From an uncultured Prochlorococcus sp. (GTDB lineage Bacteria > Cyanobacteriota > Cyanobacteriia > PCC-6307 > Cyanobiaceae), in the NCBI RefSeq assembly GCF_902622435.1, contig NZ_CACNQB010000003.1: DNA of 64,000 bases. One strand, given 5' to 3'. Positions 1 through 9,393 of this stretch are shown piece after piece. Within the stretch, counting starts at the first letter, position 1, and every line of letters begins with the position of its first letter. The notes beneath the pieces are model-generated. The model made no database searches and was not told where the DNA came from. It saw nothing but the letters and a program-made list of their open reading frames with translations. The translations under genes were made by a program, and so were the position numbers.

Positions 1-130
1 AGATTCTGCATTAATCTTCACCAATAATTAAAACTTTAAAATTAAAGTTTCTACAAAAAACTTTTTCCGTCTAATACTTAATAAAAAAAAGATAAACTTA
101 TTGAATTGTTACTTACTGATTTATTACTTA

Positions 131-1375
131 TTAATTTATTATTGATTGATTTAACTTTGAGACTGCCATCCCAGCGATCCATCCACTTGTCCAACAATGT
201 TGAAAATTAAATCCACCAGTGATCCCATCAACATCCAAAACTTCTCCAGAAAAAAATAACCCTGGACAAATTAAGCTCTCCATATTTTTAAAATTAACCT
301 CATTAATTTTTACGCCTCCGGAAGTAACAAATTCCTCTCCAAATGGACCTTTACCCGAAATTATATATTTATCACTCATTAGGATATTTATCATTTTCTC
401 TCTTTCATCCGCCAGTAAATCAGCCCACTTTTTCTCTTTATCAATACCTATTTTCTTTAATAAAAAAATCCATAATCTTTTTGTTAATAGTGGAACAGGT
501 CTACTATTAATGAGATTCACCTTGCCTTTATTTAATCTTAAATAATTAATTTTTTCTTTTAACTCCTCGTAACTTAAAGAAGACCATTTAATGATTAAAT
601 TAAATTTATATTTTTGGCTATAAAGTTCCCTTGCTGCAATTGATGAAAGTTTTAATACTGCTGGCCCACTAAACCCCCAATGAGTTATTAGTAAATCACC
701 TCTATTTTGAAAATTCTTATTGTTTAAATTAATTTCTATATCTATGCCCCTTATCGATACCCCAGTACATTCATCCAAATTTGGTTCTTTTGTGGAAAAA
801 GTAAAAAGCGATGGTACAGGTTTAACAATGTTGTGTCCAAGATTTTGAGCTAATTTATATCCGCTTGGATTACCTCCAGTTGAAACAATAATATTTTTTG
901 CAGTTACCTTTGCTTTTTTAAGACTAAAAATATTGAATATATTATCTGGAGTTTTTGCAATTTCTTTTACAAAAAATTTTGTTAGTATCTCTACGTTTTT
1001 TGATAAAGCACTTTTTCTCAAACAATCAATGACATCTGAAGAAGAATTAGACACTGGGAATACTCTTAGATCTTCCTCAATTTTTAATTTTAAACCTTTT
1101 TTCTCAAACCAATCGTATACATCTCCAGCAGCAAAACGATTAAATGATTCCAAGAGCTGAATTCCACCTCTGGGGTAATTCTCAATTAGTTCATTCGGTA
1201 TCCATGTTGCATTAGTGACGTTACATCTTCCCCCTCCACTAATCCTTACTTTCTCCATAAGTTTTGAAGTTCCTTCAAGAATTATTATTCTTTTTACTCC
1301 ATTTTCAGCAGCAGTTATTGCCGCCATAAAACCGGCTGCACCGCCTCCAACAACTGCTAAATCAAAAGGTTCCAA
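131..1375 (-). CDS. HI0933/BaiN family NAD(P)/FAD-dependent oxidoreductase
   Basis: GGGAAG dinucleotide-binding motif, ISGGGRCNVTN, and the C-terminal GEVLDVDGITGGFNFQ signature. Confidence 0.92.
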   Translation of the reverse strand: MEPFDLAVVGGGAAGFMAAITAAENGVKRIIILEGTSKLMEKVRISGGGRCNVTNATWIPNELIENYPRGGIQLLESFNRFAAGDVYDWFEKKGLKLKIEEDLRVFPVSNSSSDVIDCLRKSALSKNVEILTKFFVKEIAKTPDNIFNIFSLKKAKVTAKNIIVSTGGNPSGYKLAQNLGHNIVKPVPSLFTFSTKEPNLDECTGVSIRGIDIEINLNNKNFQNRGDLLITHWGFSGPAVLKLSSIAARELYSQKYKFNLIIKWSSLSYEELKEKINYLRLNKGKVNLINSRPVPLLTKRLWIFLLKKIGIDKEKKWADLLADEREKMINILMSDKYIISGKGPFGEEFVTSGGVKINEVNFKNMESLICPGLFFSGEVLDVDGITGGFNFQHCWTSGWIAGMAVSKLNQSIIN

Positions 1376-1608
1376 AAACTTATTATTTAATATGCTTCAA
1401 TATGATAATAGCAAGTAGTTATAAAGAAAAATTACTCCAAAAACCATAAAAAAATAAATATAAAACCTTAAAACTACATAATAAGTAGCTACCATTCGCT
1501 AATTTTTAAATTTCTAGAAAAATCAACACAGTCGTTATTTTTATGCTTTAAGTTAATTAAATGAGTCTATTGTTTTCTTACGTTAAATATTCTGAGGCCA
1601 GTTTTCCT

Positions 1609-1797
1609 ATGACTGGTCAATATACAGCTCTTCTTTTAATAACTTCTGTTATTTGGGTTCTACTTTGGTTTGGATATAGACAAAATAAGATAAATGATGA
1701 GATCAAGAAAAAAGAAAAAGAAGAAAGAATTAATGCGAAAGTTCAAAGAAGAAAGAAGTTAGAGAGTTTGTACCCTACTAATAAAAAAACTGTTTAG
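1609..1797 (+). CDS. Small single-TM protein with charged tail (62 aa)
   Basis: ORF-track ORF 1561-1797; in-frame ATG at 1609 gives MTGQYTALLLITSVIWVLLWFGYRQNK. Confidence 0.7.
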   Translation: MTGQYTALLLITSVIWVLLWFGYRQNKINDEIKKKEKEERINAKVQRRKKLESLYPTNKKTV

Positions 1798-1815
1798 GTA
1801 AAATATTTTAGAAAC

Positions 1816-1914
1816 ATGAAAAAAAATAATTTCAAATCACTTATTCAGTACTTACCGGGGATTTTGATTCTTATTTATGTATTGTTTTTAGCATTTACTC
1901 AATTTATAAAATAA
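1816..1914 (+). CDS. 32-aa single-TM microprotein
   Basis: Hand translation MKKNNFKSLIQYLPGILILIYVLFLAFTQFIK. Confidence 0.5.
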   Translation: MKKNNFKSLIQYLPGILILIYVLFLAFTQFIK

Positions 1915-1935
1915 AATTTCAAAAAATTATTCGTT

Positions 1936-2808
1936 TTGATTGGAATCCTTTCTGCTTTTGGAGCTGCTACATCTTGGACATATGCGTGCTTTATTTGGCG
2001 CTCGCAAACTCAAAAATATAAATCAATAGATATTAATTTAATAAAAAATATAATAGCTTTTTTAATTTTTATACCTGCTTTTATCAATCTAAGTTCTACA
2101 ACTGAATTAAAAAACATATTTATCCTACTAATTAGTGGAATAATAGGTATTGGTTTAGGTGATACTTTCTATTTAAAGTCACTACAAACAATTGGCACAA
2201 GAAAAACTTTATCTATAGAAACTCTTTCTCCGTTAATGGCAGCTTTATCAGGGGAATTTTTTATTAATGAAAATTTAACAACTAAATCATGGGTTGGAAT
2301 AATTATAGTAACGATTTCGCTATTCATAATTCTCAGAAAAGGTAACGATTTTAAAGAGGAAAAATCCTCTTTCTCAGAAAAAAATAACTTTAAGATTTTT
2401 GCTTTTCCTCTTTTATCAGTTTTATGTGCTGTTCTTGGAGGTCTTTTATCAAGGATGGTTTTCCTTCAAAGCAATTTATCTCCTTTCCTTACAACTGAAA
2501 TAAGATTATTAGGTGCAATAATTTTTTTAATTAGTCTAAAAGGATTTAAGATTAATTTTTTATTAAAAAACATAGACAAAAAACAACAAAAAAGATTTTT
2601 TATTTCAATACTTCTTGGAACAAATGTAGGAATATTTCTACAACAAGTTGTGTTTAAAACCCTTCCCATAGGATTAGGGTGGGCTTTATTAAGCATATCG
2701 CCAGTAATTTCCTTATTTTTTGCTAAGACTGAGGAAAGAGAAATTACCCAAAAAATAATATTTTTTACTTGTTTTTTATTTTTTGGCTTGACATTAATAA
2801 TCCTTTAA
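1936..2808 (+). CDS. DMT/EamA family transporter
   Basis: About 10 hydrophobic segments, two-repeat architecture, GIIGIGLGDTFY motif. Confidence 0.88.
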   Translation: MIGILSAFGAATSWTYACFIWRSQTQKYKSIDINLIKNIIAFLIFIPAFINLSSTTELKNIFILLISGIIGIGLGDTFYLKSLQTIGTRKTLSIETLSPLMAALSGEFFINENLTTKSWVGIIIVTISLFIILRKGNDFKEEKSSFSEKNNFKIFAFPLLSVLCAVLGGLLSRMVFLQSNLSPFLTTEIRLLGAIIFLISLKGFKINFLLKNIDKKQQKRFFISILLGTNVGIFLQQVVFKTLPIGLGWALLSISPVISLFFAKTEEREITQKIIFFTCFLFFGLTLIIL

Positions 2809-2885
2809 TCTCTGAGTTAATGTAAAAAATACTCATGTTAACAAAAATCAAATTAAATAAAATTACCTTATTAACACTAAAAACA

Positions 2886-3008
2886 ATGAAAAAATTAAAG
2901 AAAAAAAGACTCGACACATTGGAAGTTTATGTTATTTTTTTAAGCTGCATTTATGCAGGCTTTATAGGTTATAAATCTCTATTAAATGTTTTATTTACTT
3001 GGAATTAA
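2886..3008 (+). CDS. 40-aa single-TM microprotein
   Basis: Hand translation MKKLKKKRLDTLEVYVIFLSCIYAGFIGYKSLLNVLFTWN. Confidence 0.55.
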   Translation: MKKLKKKRLDTLEVYVIFLSCIYAGFIGYKSLLNVLFTWN

Positions 3009-3139
3009 TTAATTCTTTCTAATGATTTAATCAACTTACCTCCATCTTGGTCATCATCATCATTTGAAGCGAAAAATAAAAAAAATATTCCTAAAGAGGC
3101 TATAGATAGCGAAATTGACAATACAGAAAGCTCATCCAT
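3005..3139 (-). CDS. 44-aa TM microprotein with DDDDQDGG acidic motif
   Basis: Hand translation MDELSVLSISLSIASLGIFFLFFASNDDDDQDGGKLIKSLERIN; motif shared with 4276-4458. Confidence 0.7.
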   Translation of the reverse strand: MDELSVLSISLSIASLGIFFLFFASNDDDDQDGGKLIKSLERIN

Positions 3140-3257
3140 AAATTAAAATTTTTTTTATGATAAACGAAAAAAAATAAAAGACAGTAAAGAAATACACATT
3201 CTCGAAAATAAATATTTCTTTTATTTGTAAAATGAAAAAACACAATCGAACTATTTC

Positions 3258-3533
3258 GTGAAAGTTCTAATAACTTCCCCCTGTAGTGCAAGCGTAATAA
3301 TTCAGTATGGAATGAAAAGTTGGCCTATTTGGGAATGTGAGCCAAGCAAATTTCAATGGAATTACGATGATAAGGAAATTTGCTTAATTATTGAAGGTCA
3401 AGCGAAAATAAGTACCCAAAACGGTGGCATTTACGTGATTAAAGCTGGAGATCTAGTTGAGTTTCCTGCTGGACTTAACTGCGAATGGGAAGTAACCAAA
3501 AGTATTAAAAAACATTATCGATTGGGTAACTAA
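3258..3533 (+). CDS. Cupin_3 (DUF861) family protein
   Basis: WPIWECEPSKFQWNYDDKEICLIIEG and IKAGDLVEFPAG cupin motifs. Confidence 0.88.
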   Translation: MKVLITSPCSASVIIQYGMKSWPIWECEPSKFQWNYDDKEICLIIEGQAKISTQNGGIYVIKAGDLVEFPAGLNCEWEVTKSIKKHYRLGN

Positions 3534-3624
3534 ACTTAAAAAAAAAGATTTTTTCTTCTTTACTGTTAAGTCAATGTGGATAAAATATGGTTAATAAATA
3601 ATTTTCAAGAAGGAAACTAATATT

Positions 3625-3795
3625 ATGCCTTTTACTGATCAAGAATATTTTGAGGTTATTGAAAAAAACGAAATAGTAAAAAAGGCCTTTAAAAATATTA
3701 AGGAAATTTGCATTGATTTACAAAAACAAACAAATTGTCCTGAAGAGGATCTAAAAGATTTTCTTGAATTTATTTCTAAACAATGGAATAAATAA
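3625..3795 (+). CDS. 56-aa hypothetical protein
   Basis: Hand translation MPFTDQEYFEVIEKNEIVKKAFKNIKEICIDLQKQTNCPEEDLKDFLEFISKQWNK; AGGA upstream. Confidence 0.7.
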   Translation: MPFTDQEYFEVIEKNEIVKKAFKNIKEICIDLQKQTNCPEEDLKDFLEFISKQWNK

Positions 3796-3859
3796 TAATT
3801 AAAAAGCCTTTTAAATACAAAATTTAAAATTTCAATTTAGTTTTCTGTGACAATAAGTT

Positions 3860-3991
3860 CTAATCTAATTCCTTTTTTGGTTTTGTATTGATACTGGAAG
3901 TCCCCTTAGCAGCAGAAACGAAGAAAAAGAAGCCTACAATTCCCGACATACCAAATATCGCAGCCAAAGGATCAAAAGTGAAAGAAAACAT
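3860..3991 (-). CDS. 43-aa single-TM microprotein
   Basis: Internal ATG of the track ORF gives MFSFTFDPLAAIFGMSGIVGFFFFVSAAKGTSSINTKPKKELD. Confidence 0.6.
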   Translation of the reverse strand: MFSFTFDPLAAIFGMSGIVGFFFFVSAAKGTSSINTKPKKELD

Positions 3992-4275
3992 AGAATTTAT
4001 AAAATCAAGATAAATAATAGTTTTTGAATCAAAATTGTACAATTATTGTTAAGTATAAAAAATAACAATCGTGCGATTCATTATGTCATTATTAGTTTCT
4101 CAGTAGGTTCAAAAAAATTATTAATCAAATTGGTTTTAAGAATAAAAATATCAATACATACCAAAGATCTATTAGTGCTAAAGAGAAAAGTTTTTAAAAA
4201 ATATTTATAGAAATATTGAATAAAACAGTGCCCAGAGGATCCACAATTATTGTTTCTTTAGATTAAGATCGATTT

Positions 4276-4458
4276 ATGACAGAATTATACTCAACTTCTT
4301 CCTCGGTAAGTCCTTTTACAGCGATATTATGGTGCTTTTATCCAATAGCTATACTTGTAATTATTGAATTACTTCTCGGGGGTGGGTTTGATGATGACAA
4401 CAATGACGATCAAGATGGTGGAATGCTAATACCTGCTTACTCAAGATCAGACGGTTGA
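4276..4458 (+). CDS. 60-aa TM microprotein with DDDNNDDQDGGMLIPAY motif
   Basis: ORF track; TM helix followed by acidic stretch and GGMLIP. Confidence 0.8.
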   Translation: MTELYSTSSSVSPFTAILWCFYPIAILVIIELLLGGGFDDDNNDDQDGGMLIPAYSRSDG

Positions 4459-4495
4459 ATTTTCTGAATTAGAGACTCATAAGGAATTTATTAAA

Positions 4496-4636
4496 TTGTC
4501 GAACAATATTGATACAACTCATATTTCTCTAATTACACTTATCATCCTTATAATTGCCTCACTAACCTGGTTCGTCTTAAGAACCCTTAAGGAAGGTAGA
4601 AAAGCTCTAACAGAAATAAATGAGGATAGATCATGA
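4496..4636 (+). CDS. 46-aa single-TM microprotein (TTG start)
   Basis: AAGGA upstream; MSNNIDTTHISLITLIILIIASLTWFVLRTLKEGRKALTEINEDRS. Confidence 0.6.
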   Translation: MSNNIDTTHISLITLIILIIASLTWFVLRTLKEGRKALTEINEDRS

Positions 4637-4881
4637 ATTTCAATAACATTCAAAAATGTAGAATTTGATTAGATTTATAAAACTCTTAGATTTATAAGTT
4701 TTACTAACTAAACAGATACATTACAAAAATTTAAAAACTTTTCCTTCTCAAAGTTTGGGAAAAGCATAAAAAACTTAAATAAATACTAGAATTTGTTAGA
4801 TTGCTAAGTCAAAAAATTACCAATCTATTGAAATCCCATTTTTATGAAAGGACTTCTTTGTTATTACTTTAATAAATAAAA

Positions 4882-4977
4882 ATGCATCTAAATTCTTTAC
4901 TTTATATTTGTTCTTTATCTTTATTCATTTATATTATGGCGCTGTTTTGGAGAGACTTGCCAAATCAAAAAAAGTAA
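4882..4977 (+). CDS. 31-aa TM microprotein (WRDL family)
   Basis: MHLNSLLYICSLSLFIYIMALFWRDLPNQKK; similar to 29481-29573. Confidence 0.6.
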   Translation: MHLNSLLYICSLSLFIYIMALFWRDLPNQKK

Positions 4978-5059
4978 ATAAATAATTAATATTAATTTTG
5001 TTGCTTATAAAAAAAAATTGAGTTATTAATTTAATATTGGATTTAATTTTTTTATATAA

Positions 5060-5224
5060 ATGCTGAAAAAATCTTCAAATAACAATAACAAAAACATATT
5101 CTCAAAAACTAACGGTATTGCAAAAGAAAAGATGATTTGCAAAGACGGATTCTGTTCATTACCAAATCAAGATGAGATTTCAAAACAAGATTCAAATGAT
5201 ATGAATTTATTTGATCCTATTTAG
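5060..5224 (+). CDS. 54-aa hypothetical protein with CKDGFC motif
   Basis: Hand translation ending KMICKDGFCSLPNQDEISKQDSNDMNLFDPI. Confidence 0.6.
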   Translation: MLKKSSNNNNKNIFSKTNGIAKEKMICKDGFCSLPNQDEISKQDSNDMNLFDPI

Positions 5225-5292
5225 TAAATAAATAATATTTTGATAAATTAAAGATTAAATTGATAATGTTAGATTCTTTGAATTTTTAACTT

Positions 5293-5634
5293 ATGTTTAA
5301 TGACTTTTTAAACGCATATAAAGAGTTTTGGATTAAAGCTACAGACTTCAAAGGATTCACATCTCGATCGGACTGGTGGTTAGTTCAACTAGCAAATCTT
5401 ATAATTTCATTCCTAACTATCCCAATATTTTTAAAGACTTTTGGTTTCAATGTTTATGGCATAGTTTGTATCATTCCTCAAATAGCTATTGATGTAAGAA
5501 GAATCAAAGATTTTGGAAAAGATTGGAAATGGATCTTTATTAATTTAATACCTATCTTAGGATGGATCTTGTGGTTCATCTGGCTAGGCTTTGGTAAGAC
5601 TGGTAATGGGAAAATAAACTTATATAGAAATTAA
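5293..5634 (+). CDS. DUF805 family membrane protein
   Basis: DFKGFTSRSDWW and IAIDVRRIKDFGKDWKW motifs. Confidence 0.85.
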   Translation: MFNDFLNAYKEFWIKATDFKGFTSRSDWWLVQLANLIISFLTIPIFLKTFGFNVYGIVCIIPQIAIDVRRIKDFGKDWKWIFINLIPILGWILWFIWLGFGKTGNGKINLYRN

Positions 5635-5638
5635 CTCC

Positions 5639-5956
5639 TCAATTTTTTCTTTTTTTAAAATCTACAAATCTTACCTTTTTTCTTAACTCTATTTGTTTTT
5701 CAAGAATCTTAAACACAAGCATCTCGCATTCGGTTAATTTAAGAAACTGATCGAGGGTATCTTTATCTTCTTCATCAAAATCTTCGAAAACTTCTGAAAT
5801 AGTAATACTATTTCTAGAAATAAAATCCTCTGCAACATCTTGTGGATTCTTTCCTGATTCGAAATACTGAAAAGCTTCATAAGAATTAAGTTCTCTCGTT
5901 AACCATTTAAACCATGGTTCATTTTTATTATTTTTTTTATTTATGATTTTCTTCAT
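5639..5956 (-). CDS. Hypothetical protein
   Basis: 105-aa acidic, helical ORF with no competing ORF. Confidence 0.75.
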   Translation of the reverse strand: MKKIINKKNNKNEPWFKWLTRELNSYEAFQYFESGKNPQDVAEDFISRNSITISEVFEDFDEEDKDTLDQFLKLTECEMLVFKILEKQIELRKKVRFVDFKKRKN

Positions 5957-6161
5957 GAAAAAATTTTTACTATTTTAATCATTATTAGTTATTTATTCTT
6001 TGACAGCTGTACAAATACTTATTTTAAAAAACCAATTAAAGATTATACTTATTTTTTTACAAAATAACTAACATAATTACCATAAAGTTTTTAAAGAATA
6101 AGTATTTATTACTTATTTTTTTGTTTATGGGATAGCTAGAATTTATTTTTAGTAAAGAACA

Positions 6162-6380
6162 TTGTCAATTCCATTTTACGACTTTCCTTCATCCCCAATT
6201 TTAATAATTGGTGCTCTTGGCATTGCAGTAGCGATAGCAGTTTTTTTTGTCTCTTACCAAAAATATTTCAATTCTCCTTTAAACAAAGAGCTTGCAGAAA
6301 AGAAAAAAGCCTTAATTAAGGAAAAAAAAGAATTAAATGAAAGATTAGAAAAAATAGAACAAGATTTAAAAAATTTATAA
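6162..6380 (+). CDS. TM plus coiled-coil small protein
   Basis: Hydrophobic N-terminal helix followed by a K/E-rich heptad tail. Confidence 0.75.
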   Translation: MSIPFYDFPSSPILIIGALGIAVAIAVFFVSYQKYFNSPLNKELAEKKKALIKEKKELNERLEKIEQDLKNL

Positions 6381-6465
6381 AAAATTACTTTAAATTGAGA
6401 TGAGTTAATGATCTCGAATTCAAGACCTTAATTTCTTTAACAGGAATTTTGGTCTATAAGGAGAT

Positions 6466-6621
6466 ATGGATAAAGATCATCTTATTGATTTAATTTCTAA
6501 TAGTCTTCTTTACGAGAGTAAAAATTCTGACACTAATAGGTATCTTAGTGACTTTAAAAATTACTTAGAAAGATTAAATCTTGATCAATTGAGAACTATG
6601 TCTAAAGAATTTATTCTTTAG
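6466..6621 (+). CDS. 51-aa hypothetical protein (MDKxHLIDLIS family)
   Basis: AAGGAG Shine-Dalgarno; paralog at 30089-30244. Confidence 0.75.
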   Translation: MDKDHLIDLISNSLLYESKNSDTNRYLSDFKNYLERLNLDQLRTMSKEFIL

Positions 6622-6702
6622 TATGATTTTTAAAATATTTCATTGTTTATTACATAATGAATACTTTTTAAAAATTGTTAGTATCACAAAAATAAAGGAA
6701 AT

Positions 6703-7809
6703 ATGCTCAAAGTAAATAGAAGTGATTTTTTAATAAAGCCATTTTTAAAAAGAAGTAATATGAGAGCTTCTTATCAAATTATTTCTACCATTTTCCCAAT
6801 AATTTCTATTTGGTTAATCGTCCACCAAATAATAAATCAACCTCTTTCATTATTGATTAAAGGATTTCTATTGGTACCTTTTATAGTCCTTCTAACTCTC
6901 TTATCTTCTCGTACATTCTCATTAATGCATGATTGCGGTCATAATTCTCTTTTTGCAAAACGAAAATTAAATCGTTTTTTTGGATTTTTACTTGGCTTGG
7001 TTAATGGTATACCCCAGAAGTCATGGTCAATTGATCATGCTTTTCATCATAGAAACAATGGAAATTGGGAAATTTACAAAGGGCCTATTGATGTTTTAAG
7101 TCTTGAAGATTATCAATCCCTTACAAAAAGAGATCAAATATTTTATAAAGTAAGTCGAAACTGGATGATGCTTTTCCCTGGCGGTTTTTTTTACTTAGTT
7201 TTAAAACCTAGATTAGGACTAGTTATTATTATTTTTAATTTCATTAAAGATATATTGGAAGAGACATTTATCAAAATAAAAAACAGAGATATTTCTCAAC
7301 TATTAGCTATTAATTCAAGATTCAAACCACCTTTTTCTGATTATGGAGATAATTTTAGTGAACTATGTGAATTAATAATCAACAACATAGTAGTAATAAT
7401 AGGGTGGATTTTTATGTGTAAATGGTTGGGGTTAGTTTTTTTCGTATCATTTTATTCCATTGTATTAACCTTATCAGCAGCAATTTTAATATGTGTTTTT
7501 TTCGTACAACATAACTACGAAAATGCATATGCTAAAAATACAAAAAATTGGGATCTCATCGATGGAGCTATTTTAGGGAGTAGCAATTTAGATATTCCTA
7601 ATTGGCTAAATTGGTTTTTAGCAGACATATCCTTCCACAGTATTCACCATCTCTCTGAGAGAATACCAAATTACAACTTAAGAGCTTGTCATAAAGCAAA
7701 CATTCATTTACTCCAACAATCAAAGTTCTTAAAATTAAGAGAATTTTCAAACTGTTTTAAATATATTATTTGGGATAATAAAAATGAAAAATTAATTCCT
7801 ATCAGTTAA
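6703..7809 (+). CDS. Membrane fatty acid desaturase
   Basis: Three His boxes: HDCGH, HAFHH, HSIHH. Confidence 0.92.
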   Translation: MLKVNRSDFLIKPFLKRSNMRASYQIISTIFPIISIWLIVHQIINQPLSLLIKGFLLVPFIVLLTLLSSRTFSLMHDCGHNSLFAKRKLNRFFGFLLGLVNGIPQKSWSIDHAFHHRNNGNWEIYKGPIDVLSLEDYQSLTKRDQIFYKVSRNWMMLFPGGFFYLVLKPRLGLVIIIFNFIKDILEETFIKIKNRDISQLLAINSRFKPPFSDYGDNFSELCELIINNIVVIIGWIFMCKWLGLVFFVSFYSIVLTLSAAILICVFFVQHNYENAYAKNTKNWDLIDGAILGSSNLDIPNWLNWFLADISFHSIHHLSERIPNYNLRACHKANIHLLQQSKFLKLREFSNCFKYIIWDNKNEKLIPIS

Positions 7810-7812
7810 TAC

Positions 7813-7965
7813 CTAATTCAACCTTCTTCTCAATTTTCTTTTTAGAGGAATACTGCTATAGGAATGAGTACCAATAGATGGAGGTAAGTCATTCTTTAAA
7901 GGATGCATAAAAGCATTTGCCATACTCTCTAACATTTTAGAAAGCCAATTAATTACTGATTTCAT
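7813..7965 (-). CDS. 50-aa hypothetical protein
   Basis: MKSVINWLSKMLESMANAFMHPLKNDLPPSIGTHSYSSIPLKRKLRRRLN. Confidence 0.65.
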   Translation of the reverse strand: MKSVINWLSKMLESMANAFMHPLKNDLPPSIGTHSYSSIPLKRKLRRRLN

Positions 7966-8253
7966 TTGAAAATTTAAAAGTGTACTTTTTTATCTTCTAA
8001 CTAAATTACTGAGAAGTAAATCAGTCTTTATGCTGATTTTTTTTGGAAGATTACCTTATAAATTAATATTAAATAATCAAAATCATTGTTTACTTTTTGT
8101 TTTAAAAGAAGGATATTACTATCTTTTTCAAGATAAACCAGTTGCAAAAAAAATTTAGTAAATAATACTTATTTCTTCTAATTAGCTTAATAAATTAAAT
8201 TATTGAGCATAATTTCATGCTATATCTCTATTTCAAATAAATCTAACAATATT

Positions 8254-8412
8254 ATGAATGATTCATTTCTTTCTACAAACCAGAATACAGAAATAGATTC
8301 TATTAATTCATATTTCGAGTGTATTACTGAATGCAGTATTGTGGATGGTCATCAAGAATGTATTACTCGTTGTTTAGAAGTTCATTTAAAGGGGGGTGAT
8401 CAAAATGAATAA
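8254..8412 (+). CDS. 52-aa twin CX3C microprotein
   Basis: Internal ATG of the track ORF; FECITEC...QECITRC. Confidence 0.75.
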   Translation: MNDSFLSTNQNTEIDSINSYFECITECSIVDGHQECITRCLEVHLKGGDQNE

Positions 8413-8557
8413 AAAAAATTCACCTCAAAGGAAAACAACTTTAAAATGGAACTCGAATGGAGAGCTTTCCGAAATTGATATGTTAAGAATTTTAGAAAAG
8501 ATATCATCACATGATCTTAATCAATGTGAATTAACATGCGATTCTGATACAAATTAA
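8405..8557 (+). CDS. 50-aa hypothetical protein
   Basis: Overlaps the previous stop, GGGGGTG SD upstream; MNKKNSPQRKTTLKWNSNGELSEIDMLRILEKISSHDLNQCELTCDSDTN. Confidence 0.7.
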   Translation: MNKKNSPQRKTTLKWNSNGELSEIDMLRILEKISSHDLNQCELTCDSDTN

Positions 8558-8695
8558 GATATTTTTTTCAATATATTTCTAATAGTGTTGATAAAAAAAG
8601 CAGCTTATAAGATTTTTTAAAATTTTATTTTAATTAATCAGATTTAAATAAAGATTAAGAACATTTTCATAAATTCTATAGTTTTATTTTAAAAA

Positions 8696-8836
8696 TTAAT
8701 TTTTAGAACTCCTACCTTTTTTTAAGAATGTTTTACTAATTTCTTTTTTTGTTAATTGAATCGGTTTTACTAATCCTGAATCACCATGAGTTGGACAATA
8801 ATAAGTCATAAGCATCCAATTTTTTTCTTGATCCAT
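8696..8836 (-). CDS. 46-aa hypothetical protein
   Basis: GGTGA SD; MDQEKNWMLMTYYCPTHGDSGLVKPIQLTKKEISKTFLKKGRSSKN. Confidence 0.5.
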   Translation of the reverse strand: MDQEKNWMLMTYYCPTHGDSGLVKPIQLTKKEISKTFLKKGRSSKN

Positions 8837-9025
8837 AACTAATCACCATTTAAATAATGTTTAATTAGATAGGATGGATTTTGAAAAAATTGCTTTTTTT
8901 TAAGCTTTTTTTCTTTTTTACTTAATAATTTATAAAAATTTTGAATCTATTCTCACAAAATAGATATAAATACGCATGACTTTAAAAAAAATTCCTGCTA
9001 TTTATTAATAAATTCAAAATTATTC

Positions 9026-9157
9026 ATGTCTCTAGAATCTATATTGATGGTAGTTGCTCCAATCTGTCTTTTTACGGTAGGAGTTATAGTTTTACCTATC
9101 CTAGTAAAGCCACGTAAACAATCTGGTTTACCTAAGAGATATATACGAGGTCTTTAA
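9026..9157 (+). CDS. 43-aa single-TM microprotein
   Basis: MSLESILMVVAPICLFTVGVIVLPILVKPRKQSGLPKRYIRGL. Confidence 0.6.
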   Translation: MSLESILMVVAPICLFTVGVIVLPILVKPRKQSGLPKRYIRGL

Positions 9158-9393
9158 ATTACTCAAGCGTTAAAGAAAAGCAAAGACAATCAGCATAAAT
9201 AATAAATAAATAGATAAATAAAAAGATTGCGATCAAAGAATATTGGGCAAAATAATCTTATTTGGAGATGAAATTAAATAATGAAAGCTTTATCAAAAAA
9301 AATTTATAAATTCTTTTCATTATGAGATCCTGTGATGGATAATAGAGTAAATAAATTCATTTTAATTTAACAAAATTCTTAACTAACAAAAAT

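Noticed and set aside
219-1418. Plus-strand ORFs 219-545, 933-1160 and 1215-1418
   Set aside because: Antisense shadows of the HI0933-family gene, with no motifs
2466-3291. Track ORFs 2466-2696 (-) and 3100-3291 (-)
   Set aside because: The first is antisense to the DMT gene; the second overlaps two better-supported genes
3576-3584. Single perfect DnaA box (TTATCCACA on the minus strand)
   Set aside because: Isolated; expected by chance at this AT content
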